A model generated the notes under the pieces. The model made no database searches. It was not told where the DNA came from and worked only from the letters and a program-made list of their open reading frames with translations. A stretch of 64,000 nucleotides of DNA from Bacteroidales bacterium (GTDB lineage: Bacteria > Bacteroidota > Bacteroidia > Bacteroidales > JAADJA01). Made by a program: the position numbers and the translations under genes. Of this stretch, positions 16,679-25,113 are shown piece after piece. Numbering within the stretch: the stretch's first letter is position 1; each line of letters opens with the position of its first letter. The stretch lies in assembly GCA_020052415.1 (NCBI GenBank), contig JAGVPB010000011.1, positions 128,035 through 192,034 on the forward strand, written 5' to 3'.

Positions 16679-18373
16679 ATGAAGCAATTAATCGAATGTG
16701 TTCCGAACATCAGCGAGGGAAGAGATTCAAATATAATTAAACAAGTAACGGATGTCGTGGAAACCGTTGAAGGAGTGAGACTTATTGACGTTGATCCCGG
16801 GAAAGCCACCAACAGAACTGTGATCACTTTTGTTGGACCGCCTGAAGAAGTCTGTGAAGCTGCATTCCGGTTGGTAAGGAAAGCAGCAAGCCTGATTGAC
16901 ATGAGCAGGCATCATGGCGAACATCCGCGGTTTGGAGCAACTGATGTATGCCCGCTCGTTCCCGTGGCTAATATAACCATGGACGAAGTGGCAGGATATG
17001 CCCGCAAGCTTGGCAAAAGGATAGGTGAGGAGCTTGGAATTCCGGTGTATAATTATGAATTTGCCGCTTCAAAACCTGAAAGAAAAAACCTGGCAAATTG
17101 CCGTTCTGGGGAGTATGAAGGTTTAAAGGAAAAACTTTCAAACCCTGATTGGAAACCTGATTTCGGTCCGGATGAATTTAATGAACAGGTCGCCAAAACA
17201 GGAGCCACAGCAGTCGGTGCAAGAAATTTCCTTGTCGCTTATAATTTTAATCTGAACACAACTTCAACCCGGCGAGCCAATGCCATTGCTTATGATGTAC
17301 GTGAAAAAGGAAGGGAAAAGCGTGAGGGCGACACGGTAACAGGCAAAATCGTGAGGGATGAAAAGGGAAATACTGTTTTTATTCCGGGAACTTTAAAGAG
17401 CACTAAAGCCATCGGCTGGTTCATAGAAGAATACGGGATAGCACAGATATCAATGAATATGACCGACATCACGGTAACTTCGGTACATAAGGCATTCGAT
17501 GAAGTTTGCAGGGCTGCCAATGAAAGAGGTGTGAGGGTTACTGGTTCGGAACTGGTTGGTGTGATACCTTTGAAGGCTATGCTGGATGCGGGAAAGCATT
17601 ATCTGAGAAAACAGCAGCGTTCGATTGGAATTCCCGACATGGAGATCATAAGGATTGCAGTTAAATCTTTAGGCCTCGATGAGCTTGCACCTTTCGACCC
17701 GGGTAAAAAAATCATTGAATATATTCTTGAGGGTAAAAATGAAAAGAAGCTGGTTAACCTGACGATGACTGGCTTTGTAGAAGAAACAGCTTCCGAATCT
17801 CCTGCTCCGGGTGGCGGTTCCATTTCAGCTGCAATGGGTGCGATGGGCGCTGCATTGGGAACCATGGTTGCGAACCTGACTTCTCATAAAAGAGGATATG
17901 ACGATCGCTGGGAAGAGTTTTCTGATTGGGCGGTAAAGGGAAAATATTATCAGGAAGAGTTGCTGAAAATGGTGGATGAAGACACGCACGCCTTTAATAA
18001 GATCATGGATGCTTTCGGACTGCCGAAAAAAAGTGAGATGGAAAAAACCTTCCGGAATAAAGCCATACAGGATGCGACCAAATATGCCATTGAGGTGCCT
18101 TTCAGAGTGATGAACCTTTGTTATGAATCAATGGAGGTGATGAAAGCTATGGCTGGGTTCGGGAATCCCAATTCGGTTTCGGATGCAGGTGTCGGAGCCA
18201 TTGCTGCACTGGCAGGAGTGAAGGGAGCATACCTTAACGTAAAGATCAATGCTGGTGGACTCGATGATAAAGATTACGTTAAAGAAATCATTTCGAAAGG
18301 AGGTAAAATACAGGAAAAGGCTGTTGTGTTGCAAAAGGAGATTTTGGATATTGTTGACGCTAAGATCGGATAG
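16679..18373 (+). CDS. ftcD: bifunctional glutamate formimidoyltransferase / formimidoyltetrahydrofolate cyclodeaminase
   Basis: The N-terminus MKQLIECVPNISEGRD is the hallmark of the transferase domain. The C-terminal cyclodeaminase region has SPAPGGGS. 564 aa. Confidence 0.9.
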   Translation: MKQLIECVPNISEGRDSNIIKQVTDVVETVEGVRLIDVDPGKATNRTVITFVGPPEEVCEAAFRLVRKAASLIDMSRHHGEHPRFGATDVCPLVPVANITMDEVAGYARKLGKRIGEELGIPVYNYEFAASKPERKNLANCRSGEYEGLKEKLSNPDWKPDFGPDEFNEQVAKTGATAVGARNFLVAYNFNLNTTSTRRANAIAYDVREKGREKREGDTVTGKIVRDEKGNTVFIPGTLKSTKAIGWFIEEYGIAQISMNMTDITVTSVHKAFDEVCRAANERGVRVTGSELVGVIPLKAMLDAGKHYLRKQQRSIGIPDMEIIRIAVKSLGLDELAPFDPGKKIIEYILEGKNEKKLVNLTMTGFVEETASESPAPGGGSISAAMGAMGAALGTMVANLTSHKRGYDDRWEEFSDWAVKGKYYQEELLKMVDEDTHAFNKIMDAFGLPKKSEMEKTFRNKAIQDATKYAIEVPFRVMNLCYESMEVMKAMAGFGNPNSVSDAGVGAIAALAGVKGAYLNVKINAGGLDDKDYVKEIISKGGKIQEKAVVLQKEILDIVDAKIG

Positions 18374-18406
18374 ACGGGAAACGAAGAGGAAGATGACTGA
18401 CATTAG

Positions 18407-18428
18407 GGAACCTTCAAACTTTAACTTA
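18407..18428. repeat. short remnant of the heptamer word family
   Basis: GGAACCTTCAAACTTTAACTTA in the ftcD/M14 spacer uses the same GAACC/AAACT words as loci C and D. Confidence 0.45.
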
Positions 18429-18442
18429 TAGTTTACTGTGGA

Positions 18443-20191
18443 ATGGAAAAGAGTATTTTTGTAAAAAAGATTATTATAGTCATGTCAAAGCACTTAGGAT
18501 TTCTTCTTGTTTTTTTACTGCTAACTATTTACGGGATTAGTCAAAAAGTTTCTCAATATCCGGCAGATGAATTAACAAGGAGGGGAGAGGTTTATTTTCG
18601 TTTTGAAAATACCAGCCAAATTGACCGTGAAAAAATATCAAAGACAATTTCGGTTGATCATGCTACCAATCGCGAATGGGTTTATGCCTACGCCAACAAT
18701 AAAGAGCTTGATGAATTCCTTAAGCTCAACATCAGCTATGAAATCCTGCCTCATCCCGGATCGCTGATAAATCCGTTAATGAAAGATCATCTCAATCCTT
18801 CAGGCAACCTGGAATGGGATTTCTACCCGACTTATGAAGCTTATATGGAACTAATGTTTCAGTTTGAACAATTATACCCCGGAATTTGCAAAACAGTTTC
18901 TATTGGAAATACTGTACAGTCGAGGCAGCTTCTGTGTGCAAAAATTTCAGCAAATGTAAATACAACAGAAGCTGAGCCACGATTTCTTTATACATCATCA
19001 ATGCATGGCGATGAAACAACCGGTTATGTTCTCATGCTCCGGCTGATTGATTACCTTCTTAAAAATTATGGAAATGATCAATTGGTAACAGACCTTTTAA
19101 ATAACACAGAGATTTGGATTAATCCACTGGCTAATCCTGATGGAACTTATGCCGGCGGCAATGGTTCGGTTTGCTGTGCGACCCGTTACAATGCAAATAA
19201 TATTGACCTCAACCGAAATTATCCGGATCCCCAGGACGGACAGCATCCTGATGGAAATGTCTGGCAACCGGAAACTGAAGCTTTTATGGCATTAGCCGAC
19301 AGTCTAAGTTTTGTAATGTCTGCCAATTTTCATGGTGGTGCCGAAGTTTTCAATTATCCCTGGGATACATGGCCACAGCTTCATGCTGATGATAACTGGT
19401 GGCAATATGTCGGAAGGGAGTGGGCCGACACCGTTCATTTTTATTCACCTGCCGGATATTTCGATGATCTAAATGATGGCATTACTAATGGATACGCATG
19501 GTACACTCTTGCAGGAGGCCGGCAGGATTTTATGAATTATTTCCATCAATGCCGGGAGGTAACGGTTGAGATTTCAACAGTGAAACTATTGCCTGAAAGT
19601 GAATTGCCTGCTTTCTGGAATTATAATTTTCATTCATTCCTGAATTACATTGACCAGTCCCGTTATGGCCTGAAAGGAATTGTGACAGATTCGGCATCCG
19701 GAAATCCATTGCAGGCTGATATCGAAATTTTAAATCACGATAATAATAACTCGTGGATTACAGCCGAAAATTCAGGTCATTATTTCAGAGTTCTTTATGA
19801 AGGCAGCTATGATATTAAATTTTCAGCACCGGGACATAAATCAAAGACCATCGAAATGGTCAATATTATAAACCGGCAAAGCTCTCATCTCAATGTTCAG
19901 CTTGCTGAGGGCAGCGATGGAATCACTAACGCTGATATACAAACACTCTTTACCCTGTCTCCCAATCCTGCAAAGGATTTTATACATCTGAATTACCTGG
20001 GAAATCAAAGTATTAAATGTGAAATTGAATTGTCTGATGTAAAGGGTAAAATTATTAATTCCTGGTTACAAATTGTTGAACCGGATTTCTCACCGATCAA
20101 AATCAATACCAGGAATTTAAAATCCGGTTACTATTTTTTCAGGCTCACCTCCGGGGGTTTATATTACACCAATAAAATAATTGTAATGTAA
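18443..20191 (+). CDS. M14-family zinc carboxypeptidase with T9SS C-terminal sorting domain
   Basis: Zinc and catalytic motifs SSMHGDETTG, DLNRNYP and ANFHGGAEV. A carboxypeptidase-regulatory-like middle domain is present. The tail is FTLSPNPAKDFIHLNY...GYYFFRL...KIIVM. An alternative start exists at 18482. Confidence 0.85.
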   Translation: MEKSIFVKKIIIVMSKHLGFLLVFLLLTIYGISQKVSQYPADELTRRGEVYFRFENTSQIDREKISKTISVDHATNREWVYAYANNKELDEFLKLNISYEILPHPGSLINPLMKDHLNPSGNLEWDFYPTYEAYMELMFQFEQLYPGICKTVSIGNTVQSRQLLCAKISANVNTTEAEPRFLYTSSMHGDETTGYVLMLRLIDYLLKNYGNDQLVTDLLNNTEIWINPLANPDGTYAGGNGSVCCATRYNANNIDLNRNYPDPQDGQHPDGNVWQPETEAFMALADSLSFVMSANFHGGAEVFNYPWDTWPQLHADDNWWQYVGREWADTVHFYSPAGYFDDLNDGITNGYAWYTLAGGRQDFMNYFHQCREVTVEISTVKLLPESELPAFWNYNFHSFLNYIDQSRYGLKGIVTDSASGNPLQADIEILNHDNNNSWITAENSGHYFRVLYEGSYDIKFSAPGHKSKTIEMVNIINRQSSHLNVQLAEGSDGITNADIQTLFTLSPNPAKDFIHLNYLGNQSIKCEIELSDVKGKIINSWLQIVEPDFSPIKINTRNLKSGYYFFRLTSGGLYYTNKIIVM

Positions 20192-20200
20192 ACTTCAAGG

Positions 20201-21697
20201 ATGAAAAAATTTACTCCCGCGTTTACCATTTTTCTTGCCGGAACCTGCACGATGATATTTGAAATTTCAGGATCCAGGTTGCTTGGACCTTACGTTGGCA
20301 CTTCCATATTTGTCTGGACCAGCCTTATCGGGACTATCATGGCCGGCTTGAGTTTCGGATACTGGTTAGGTGGAATCGTATCATTACGGAGGTCCGACGG
20401 AATAGTTTTTGGCTGGATTTTACTGTTGGCCGGTATTTTCATCTTAATGACTGTCGTGGGACATGATTATGTATTAAGAAGGATCATTAAGTATATACCC
20501 GGGTTCAGAATTAAAACGCTGTTTGCAGCCATATTTTTATTTGGTACGGCAAGCATATTCCTTGGCATGATTTTACCTTACGGTGCGAAACTGGTGACTG
20601 ATAATGTCCTCACTTCGGGGGCCTCCGTAGGTACATTGTATGCTTTATCCACTGCCGGCAGCATAGCCGGGACTTTTTTAGCCGGATTTTTTTTATTACC
20701 TGAGTTTGGATTTGTGAAAGTATTATTCACTTCTGCAGGATGTTTATTGCTTATGGCGCTGATCGTATTTATGCCGCTAAAAAAATCACTTCCTTTAATT
20801 GCTTCAGCCCTGAGTTTGATTGTTCTCCTTTTATTTTGGTACCGGGCGGGACATAAAACCACTGAATACGTTGATATTGATACCCAGTACAATCGTGTTA
20901 TTGTTTACGAAACCATAGATGCCAATACCGGACGGCCGTTACGGATTTTACAAATTAATGATGAGAAAAGTTCGGCGATGTTTACAGATAAGGATGACGA
21001 CCTTGCATTTGAAGTATTGAAATATTACCGTTTGGCCGAGCATTTTAGTCCCGGTTTTAAGAGCTCGCTGATGATAGGTGGCTCTGGTTATGCTTTTCCG
21101 AAGGACCATCTTCGCCGGAATCCTGAAGCCACAATTGATGTCGTGGAGATAGATCAGGGTCTGACAGAAATTGCACGGGAATACTTTAACCTGCAGGTAG
21201 ATTCACGGTTAAAAATATTCCATGAAGATGGCAGGACGTACCTTAATAAATGCGCGAAAAAATACGATGCTGTTTTTATGGATGCCTATAAATCAATGCT
21301 TACGGTACCATATCAGTTAACGACCCGCGAAGCAGTAAGCAGGATTTCGGAGATTCTTAATGATGATGGTGCGGTTTATGCTAATATCATTTCGACCCTG
21401 AATGAGAAGAACAACTTTTTTCTGCGGTCCGAAATTGCAACTTATAAAAGTATTTTCCCACAAGTATTGATATTTGCTGTACAATATCCTCAACCCGATG
21501 AAAAAGAAAAAAATTATTTTCAAAATTTTTTACTTGTCGGACTGAAATCAGCTAACCAGCCGTCTGAATTTGAACCAAATCCTGAATTAGCTATTTACTT
21601 AAGCCGTAAATATACCGGTAACCTCGGCACTGAAGGAGATGTTCTTACCGATGAATATGCACCTGTAGAATACTTTGCTGACCAGGCAATGAGGTAG
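20201..21697 (+). CDS. fused polytopic-membrane / spermidine-synthase-like (PABS fold) protein
   Basis: About 7 N-terminal TM helices. The C-terminal methyltransferase-fold has IGGSGYAFP, VVEID and DAVFMDAY, as in spermidine synthase-like proteins. Confidence 0.7.
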   Translation: MKKFTPAFTIFLAGTCTMIFEISGSRLLGPYVGTSIFVWTSLIGTIMAGLSFGYWLGGIVSLRRSDGIVFGWILLLAGIFILMTVVGHDYVLRRIIKYIPGFRIKTLFAAIFLFGTASIFLGMILPYGAKLVTDNVLTSGASVGTLYALSTAGSIAGTFLAGFFLLPEFGFVKVLFTSAGCLLLMALIVFMPLKKSLPLIASALSLIVLLLFWYRAGHKTTEYVDIDTQYNRVIVYETIDANTGRPLRILQINDEKSSAMFTDKDDDLAFEVLKYYRLAEHFSPGFKSSLMIGGSGYAFPKDHLRRNPEATIDVVEIDQGLTEIAREYFNLQVDSRLKIFHEDGRTYLNKCAKKYDAVFMDAYKSMLTVPYQLTTREAVSRISEILNDDGAVYANIISTLNEKNNFFLRSEIATYKSIFPQVLIFAVQYPQPDEKEKNYFQNFLLVGLKSANQPSEFEPNPELAIYLSRKYTGNLGTEGDVLTDEYAPVEYFADQAMR

Positions 21698-21730
21698 GAC
21701 TTTTTCAAAATGGAGGAGTAATAAAATACT

Positions 21731-21924
21731 AATTCACCAATTCAACCGGTTCAACCAAATCGGTCCACGAATTACACGAATGTCACGAATTTACTGATTC
21801 AACCAGTTCTACAAACCAGTTAGCAAATAGGCAGTCGGCAATGAGCAAGATTAAACTCTGAGCCCGGAATACAAAACGGTCAAACCAGTAACCAGAAACA
21901 AGCAACCAGTAACCAGCAACAGAT
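21731..21924. repeat. mosaic periodic-repeat locus B (9-bp array, conserved modules, 7-bp array)
   Basis: 9-bp-periodic AATTCAACC/GGTTCAACC and CACGAATNN units run over 21731-21800. Conserved modules lie at 21834-21883. Heptamers AACCAGT AACCAGA AACAAGC AACCAGT AACCAGC AACAGAT run over 21883-21924. Confidence 0.85.
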
Positions 21925-21975
21925 CAATCCCTCAAATACTTTAGGCAGGTCAATGACTTTATGACGATTTTCACC

Positions 21976-24099
21976 TCAGGTCTTTTTTACCACAACAGGA
22001 GTCTCCTTCAGGTACCTGCTGATTAATAACTCCAACGTTTCCTCGCTCACCGGCTTGGTAATAAAATCATCGCATCCTGCTGCAATGGCGTTGTTTTTCT
22101 CATCAAGTGTGGAATAAGCAGTCTGGACAATAACCGGCAATTCCGGCCGCGAAGCCTTTATCTGCCTGGTTGCTTCATAACCATCCATGACAGGCATTTT
22201 GATGTCCATGAGCACAAGGTTTATCTCCGGATAAGTGTTACACTTGTCCACAGCCTGCTGACCATCGGTAGCTGAAAGAATTCTGAGGTTTGGATAGCTT
22301 TTCGATAATATCGTTTCAAAGTAGCGAAGATTATTCGTATCATCCTCAGCAATCAGAATGACTCCCGATGTATTCCCATTAATTTTCGTTGGTGTTTTTG
22401 AATATATGGTTGTGGTTCCGGGAACAGGTTTGTATGGAATCGAAAATGTGAACACCGAACCTACTCCGGGGCTGGATTCAACGCCGATTTCACCACCCAA
22501 CAGCTCGACATTTTCACGTGCTATTGACAATCCCAGGCCAAGCCCGCCAAAATTCCGTGCGACTGTTTCACTTTCCTGAAGGAAGCGTTCAAATATTTTA
22601 CCCTGATTTTCCTTAGCAATCCCAATTCCGGTGTCCTTAACATAAAATATTAATTTTCCTTTAGCATGCCTGCATCCAATTCCAACAAAGCCATTATTGG
22701 TGAATTTCAACGCATTTTCAACAAGGTTATTCAGAATTTTGAGCAACTTGGATTCGTCAATCATTACCACACATTCATATTCGCTTAAATCATTTACCAA
22801 ACCGAGGGATATATTTTTTTCGTTGGCTTTTATTTTGAAAACCGCGTACAAGTCAGAAAGCAGGTGATTCAGGTTGGTTTCAGCATTTTGTATCCTTACC
22901 TGTTTGGTTTCTAATTTCGAAATTTCAAGAATATCGTCAATGATCCGTAGCAACTGTTCACTGTTATGGTGGATTATTTTTATGAATTCATCCCTCTCTT
23001 CAGTAGTAAGATCTTCCTTATATAATAAATTTGAAAATCCCATGATACCGTTGACGGGAGTTCGAATCTCGTGCGACATATTGTGCAGAAATTCCGTTTT
23101 AAGTCGGTCGGATTTTTCAGCATGTTCTTTTGCAATTTTGAGTTCTTTTTTTTGATTGATATTATCTTCAAACAAAACTCCAATCCTCCTGAACTCACCG
23201 GGGGCATTCTGTAATTTTTTTATATATCCGGTATTTTCGGATGCAAGGATGCCGGAAACAAGCTTTAAGGGACGAATTATCCATGCGCCTGTGGAAATAC
23301 GAAAAATCAGCCAGGCAACCACAAAGAAAACGATAATCAGAATCTGCATGATCAGGGCCGTTTCATTATAGAGCTTCAATGCCTTAAACTCCCTGCTGAA
23401 AGCTATTGTTGTCACAGGAATGTTATCCCATCCTGCCAGATCCTTGTAAAGGGTTACAGTATAAGGATTATCCGACAACACAGAATCTCTTTTCTGCAGG
23501 ATGTCAATTTTTGCGCTGGTCAAACCCGATAAATTATCCAGAAAAGCCGAATCCCATTTTTTAGCAAGGAAAAAATAACCTCGGGGATTTGTTAAATTAT
23601 GATTGGGATCCTCATTTGTGTGAACCGATCCGCTGCTCACTGCAAACAGACCATCCGGAATCTTGATAAAAAAATCCAGGAACCTTTTCTGTTTAAGCAG
23701 TATAACTGCTTCCTGTGGAATGATCCCTTTAAGTTCCAGTCCTTCGGATGACATTTCATGATCAAGATTAAAAGATGAATCATACACGCAAACATAATCA
23801 AACCGGAAGGAGGCTAATACCGTTGAAATGTAATCGTTATACCACAGCGAATCATTCGTTTCGATGCCTGCAACAAATTCGTCCCAGAAAGTATAATCAA
23901 AAATTACCTGCTTGAGTGAGGCTCCGTTAAGAGTGACTATCGAATTAACCCCTTGTTCGAAATTATCGCGTGATGAGTCGAAAATGAGCTTTTCCTGTTT
24001 ATTCTTAAAAAAATATAGTACGGATAATAACAACAGATAAATGACACCCGTGATGGTCATCAGCAGAAGAATTCGTGCGTAAATACCTGGTTTTTTCAT
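21976..24099 (-). CDS. hybrid sensor histidine kinase / response regulator
   Basis: N-terminal TM, extracytoplasmic sensor region and second TM. HisKA motif HNMSHEIRTPVNG, HATPase motif (GGLGLGLSI), and a C-terminal receiver (ILIAEDD...DIKMPVMDG). Confidence 0.9.
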   Translation of the reverse strand: MKKPGIYARILLLMTITGVIYLLLLSVLYFFKNKQEKLIFDSSRDNFEQGVNSIVTLNGASLKQVIFDYTFWDEFVAGIETNDSLWYNDYISTVLASFRFDYVCVYDSSFNLDHEMSSEGLELKGIIPQEAVILLKQKRFLDFFIKIPDGLFAVSSGSVHTNEDPNHNLTNPRGYFFLAKKWDSAFLDNLSGLTSAKIDILQKRDSVLSDNPYTVTLYKDLAGWDNIPVTTIAFSREFKALKLYNETALIMQILIIVFFVVAWLIFRISTGAWIIRPLKLVSGILASENTGYIKKLQNAPGEFRRIGVLFEDNINQKKELKIAKEHAEKSDRLKTEFLHNMSHEIRTPVNGIMGFSNLLYKEDLTTEERDEFIKIIHHNSEQLLRIIDDILEISKLETKQVRIQNAETNLNHLLSDLYAVFKIKANEKNISLGLVNDLSEYECVVMIDESKLLKILNNLVENALKFTNNGFVGIGCRHAKGKLIFYVKDTGIGIAKENQGKIFERFLQESETVARNFGGLGLGLSIARENVELLGGEIGVESSPGVGSVFTFSIPYKPVPGTTTIYSKTPTKINGNTSGVILIAEDDTNNLRYFETILSKSYPNLRILSATDGQQAVDKCNTYPEINLVLMDIKMPVMDGYEATRQIKASRPELPVIVQTAYSTLDEKNNAIAAGCDDFITKPVSEETLELLISRYLKETPVVVKKT

Positions 24100-24117
24100 T
24101 AATCCGGTAGATAAGTT

Positions 24118-24885
24118 TTAAAAAGTAATACCAGCGACAACATATACACTTCTTTCAAAGGGATTTGCAATAAGGCCTAAACACAATGGCAGCTCCCACC
24201 TTTCGGTTATCGGGATTGGTTTTGTAACCATAAAACCAACGTTTACAAAACCAGGGTCAGAGGCGTAAAAACTGCCTTTTGCCTGATACCCGGCAAACGC
24301 AGTAACCTCAGTTGTACCTTTCGAATAATAATACTGGAGCTCAAGATAAAGGCTTTTGGTACTGTCGGCACCATAAAAAAACCAGCCTCCCATTAAACCA
24401 AACGGAAAAACCTCTTCATCTGCAAGCAGAATTTGTGTTTCAAGCAAATGGCCTGTTGTTTCTTCATTATAATCAAAAAAGTCTATTTCATTTGTATCGC
24501 AGAAAGTCCAGTAATCCCATACAGAGAGTGTAACAGGTCCAAAGGTTTTCGACAAGTAAAAGTCGGTCTCCTGTTCTCCTTCACCTGTAAATTTGTAGGC
24601 TCCCCATGCACCCAGTGTGAAATTCTTCCAGCCAAGTTCGATATACGGCTGGATGCTCGGCGCCTGTCCGTAATTCTGACCGCGCCAGATATACCGGCTC
24701 ACGAGGTCAACATTTACAGATATATCAACAGAATCAACCTTTGTCGAATCTGTTTGAGCCAATGAACGGAAAGAATAAAAATTAAACATAGAAAGCGTTA
24801 CAATAAGAAAACTTCTCAACCTGATATTGGTAATTACGGGTTTAACCAGTATTCTAACAATGCCTTCACATAAGTTACTGTTCAT
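24118..24885 (-). CDS. putative outer-membrane beta-barrel (TorF/Gcw_chp-like porin)
   Basis: Alternating beta-strand pattern with a C-terminal aromatic residue (GITF). SRYIWRGQNYG resembles the Y-x-x-RG motif of the family. Lies 18 nt upstream of the hybrid kinase. The start codon is uncertain. Confidence 0.4.
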   Translation of the reverse strand: MNSNLCEGIVRILVKPVITNIRLRSFLIVTLSMFNFYSFRSLAQTDSTKVDSVDISVNVDLVSRYIWRGQNYGQAPSIQPYIELGWKNFTLGAWGAYKFTGEGEQETDFYLSKTFGPVTLSVWDYWTFCDTNEIDFFDYNEETTGHLLETQILLADEEVFPFGLMGGWFFYGADSTKSLYLELQYYYSKGTTEVTAFAGYQAKGSFYASDPGFVNVGFMVTKPIPITERWELPLCLGLIANPFERSVYVVAGITF

Positions 24886-25113
24886 TATTATTTATTAAAT
24901 TTCGTCTGAATTTTTCACTGCCATTTTATGATTCCAGTGTCTATGATATATCCCCACAAAACCGATCGTATTGAGTTTGTTACATAAGAGTATCAGTGAA
25001 CGATATGATTGATTAAAGGTTTCAGTTTGATAAAACAAATGAAATATTTTCATATTCAGAACCATACTTCGGTACATCGGCTTACTTTTGCTATCCAATT
25101 CAAATTGAAATAT

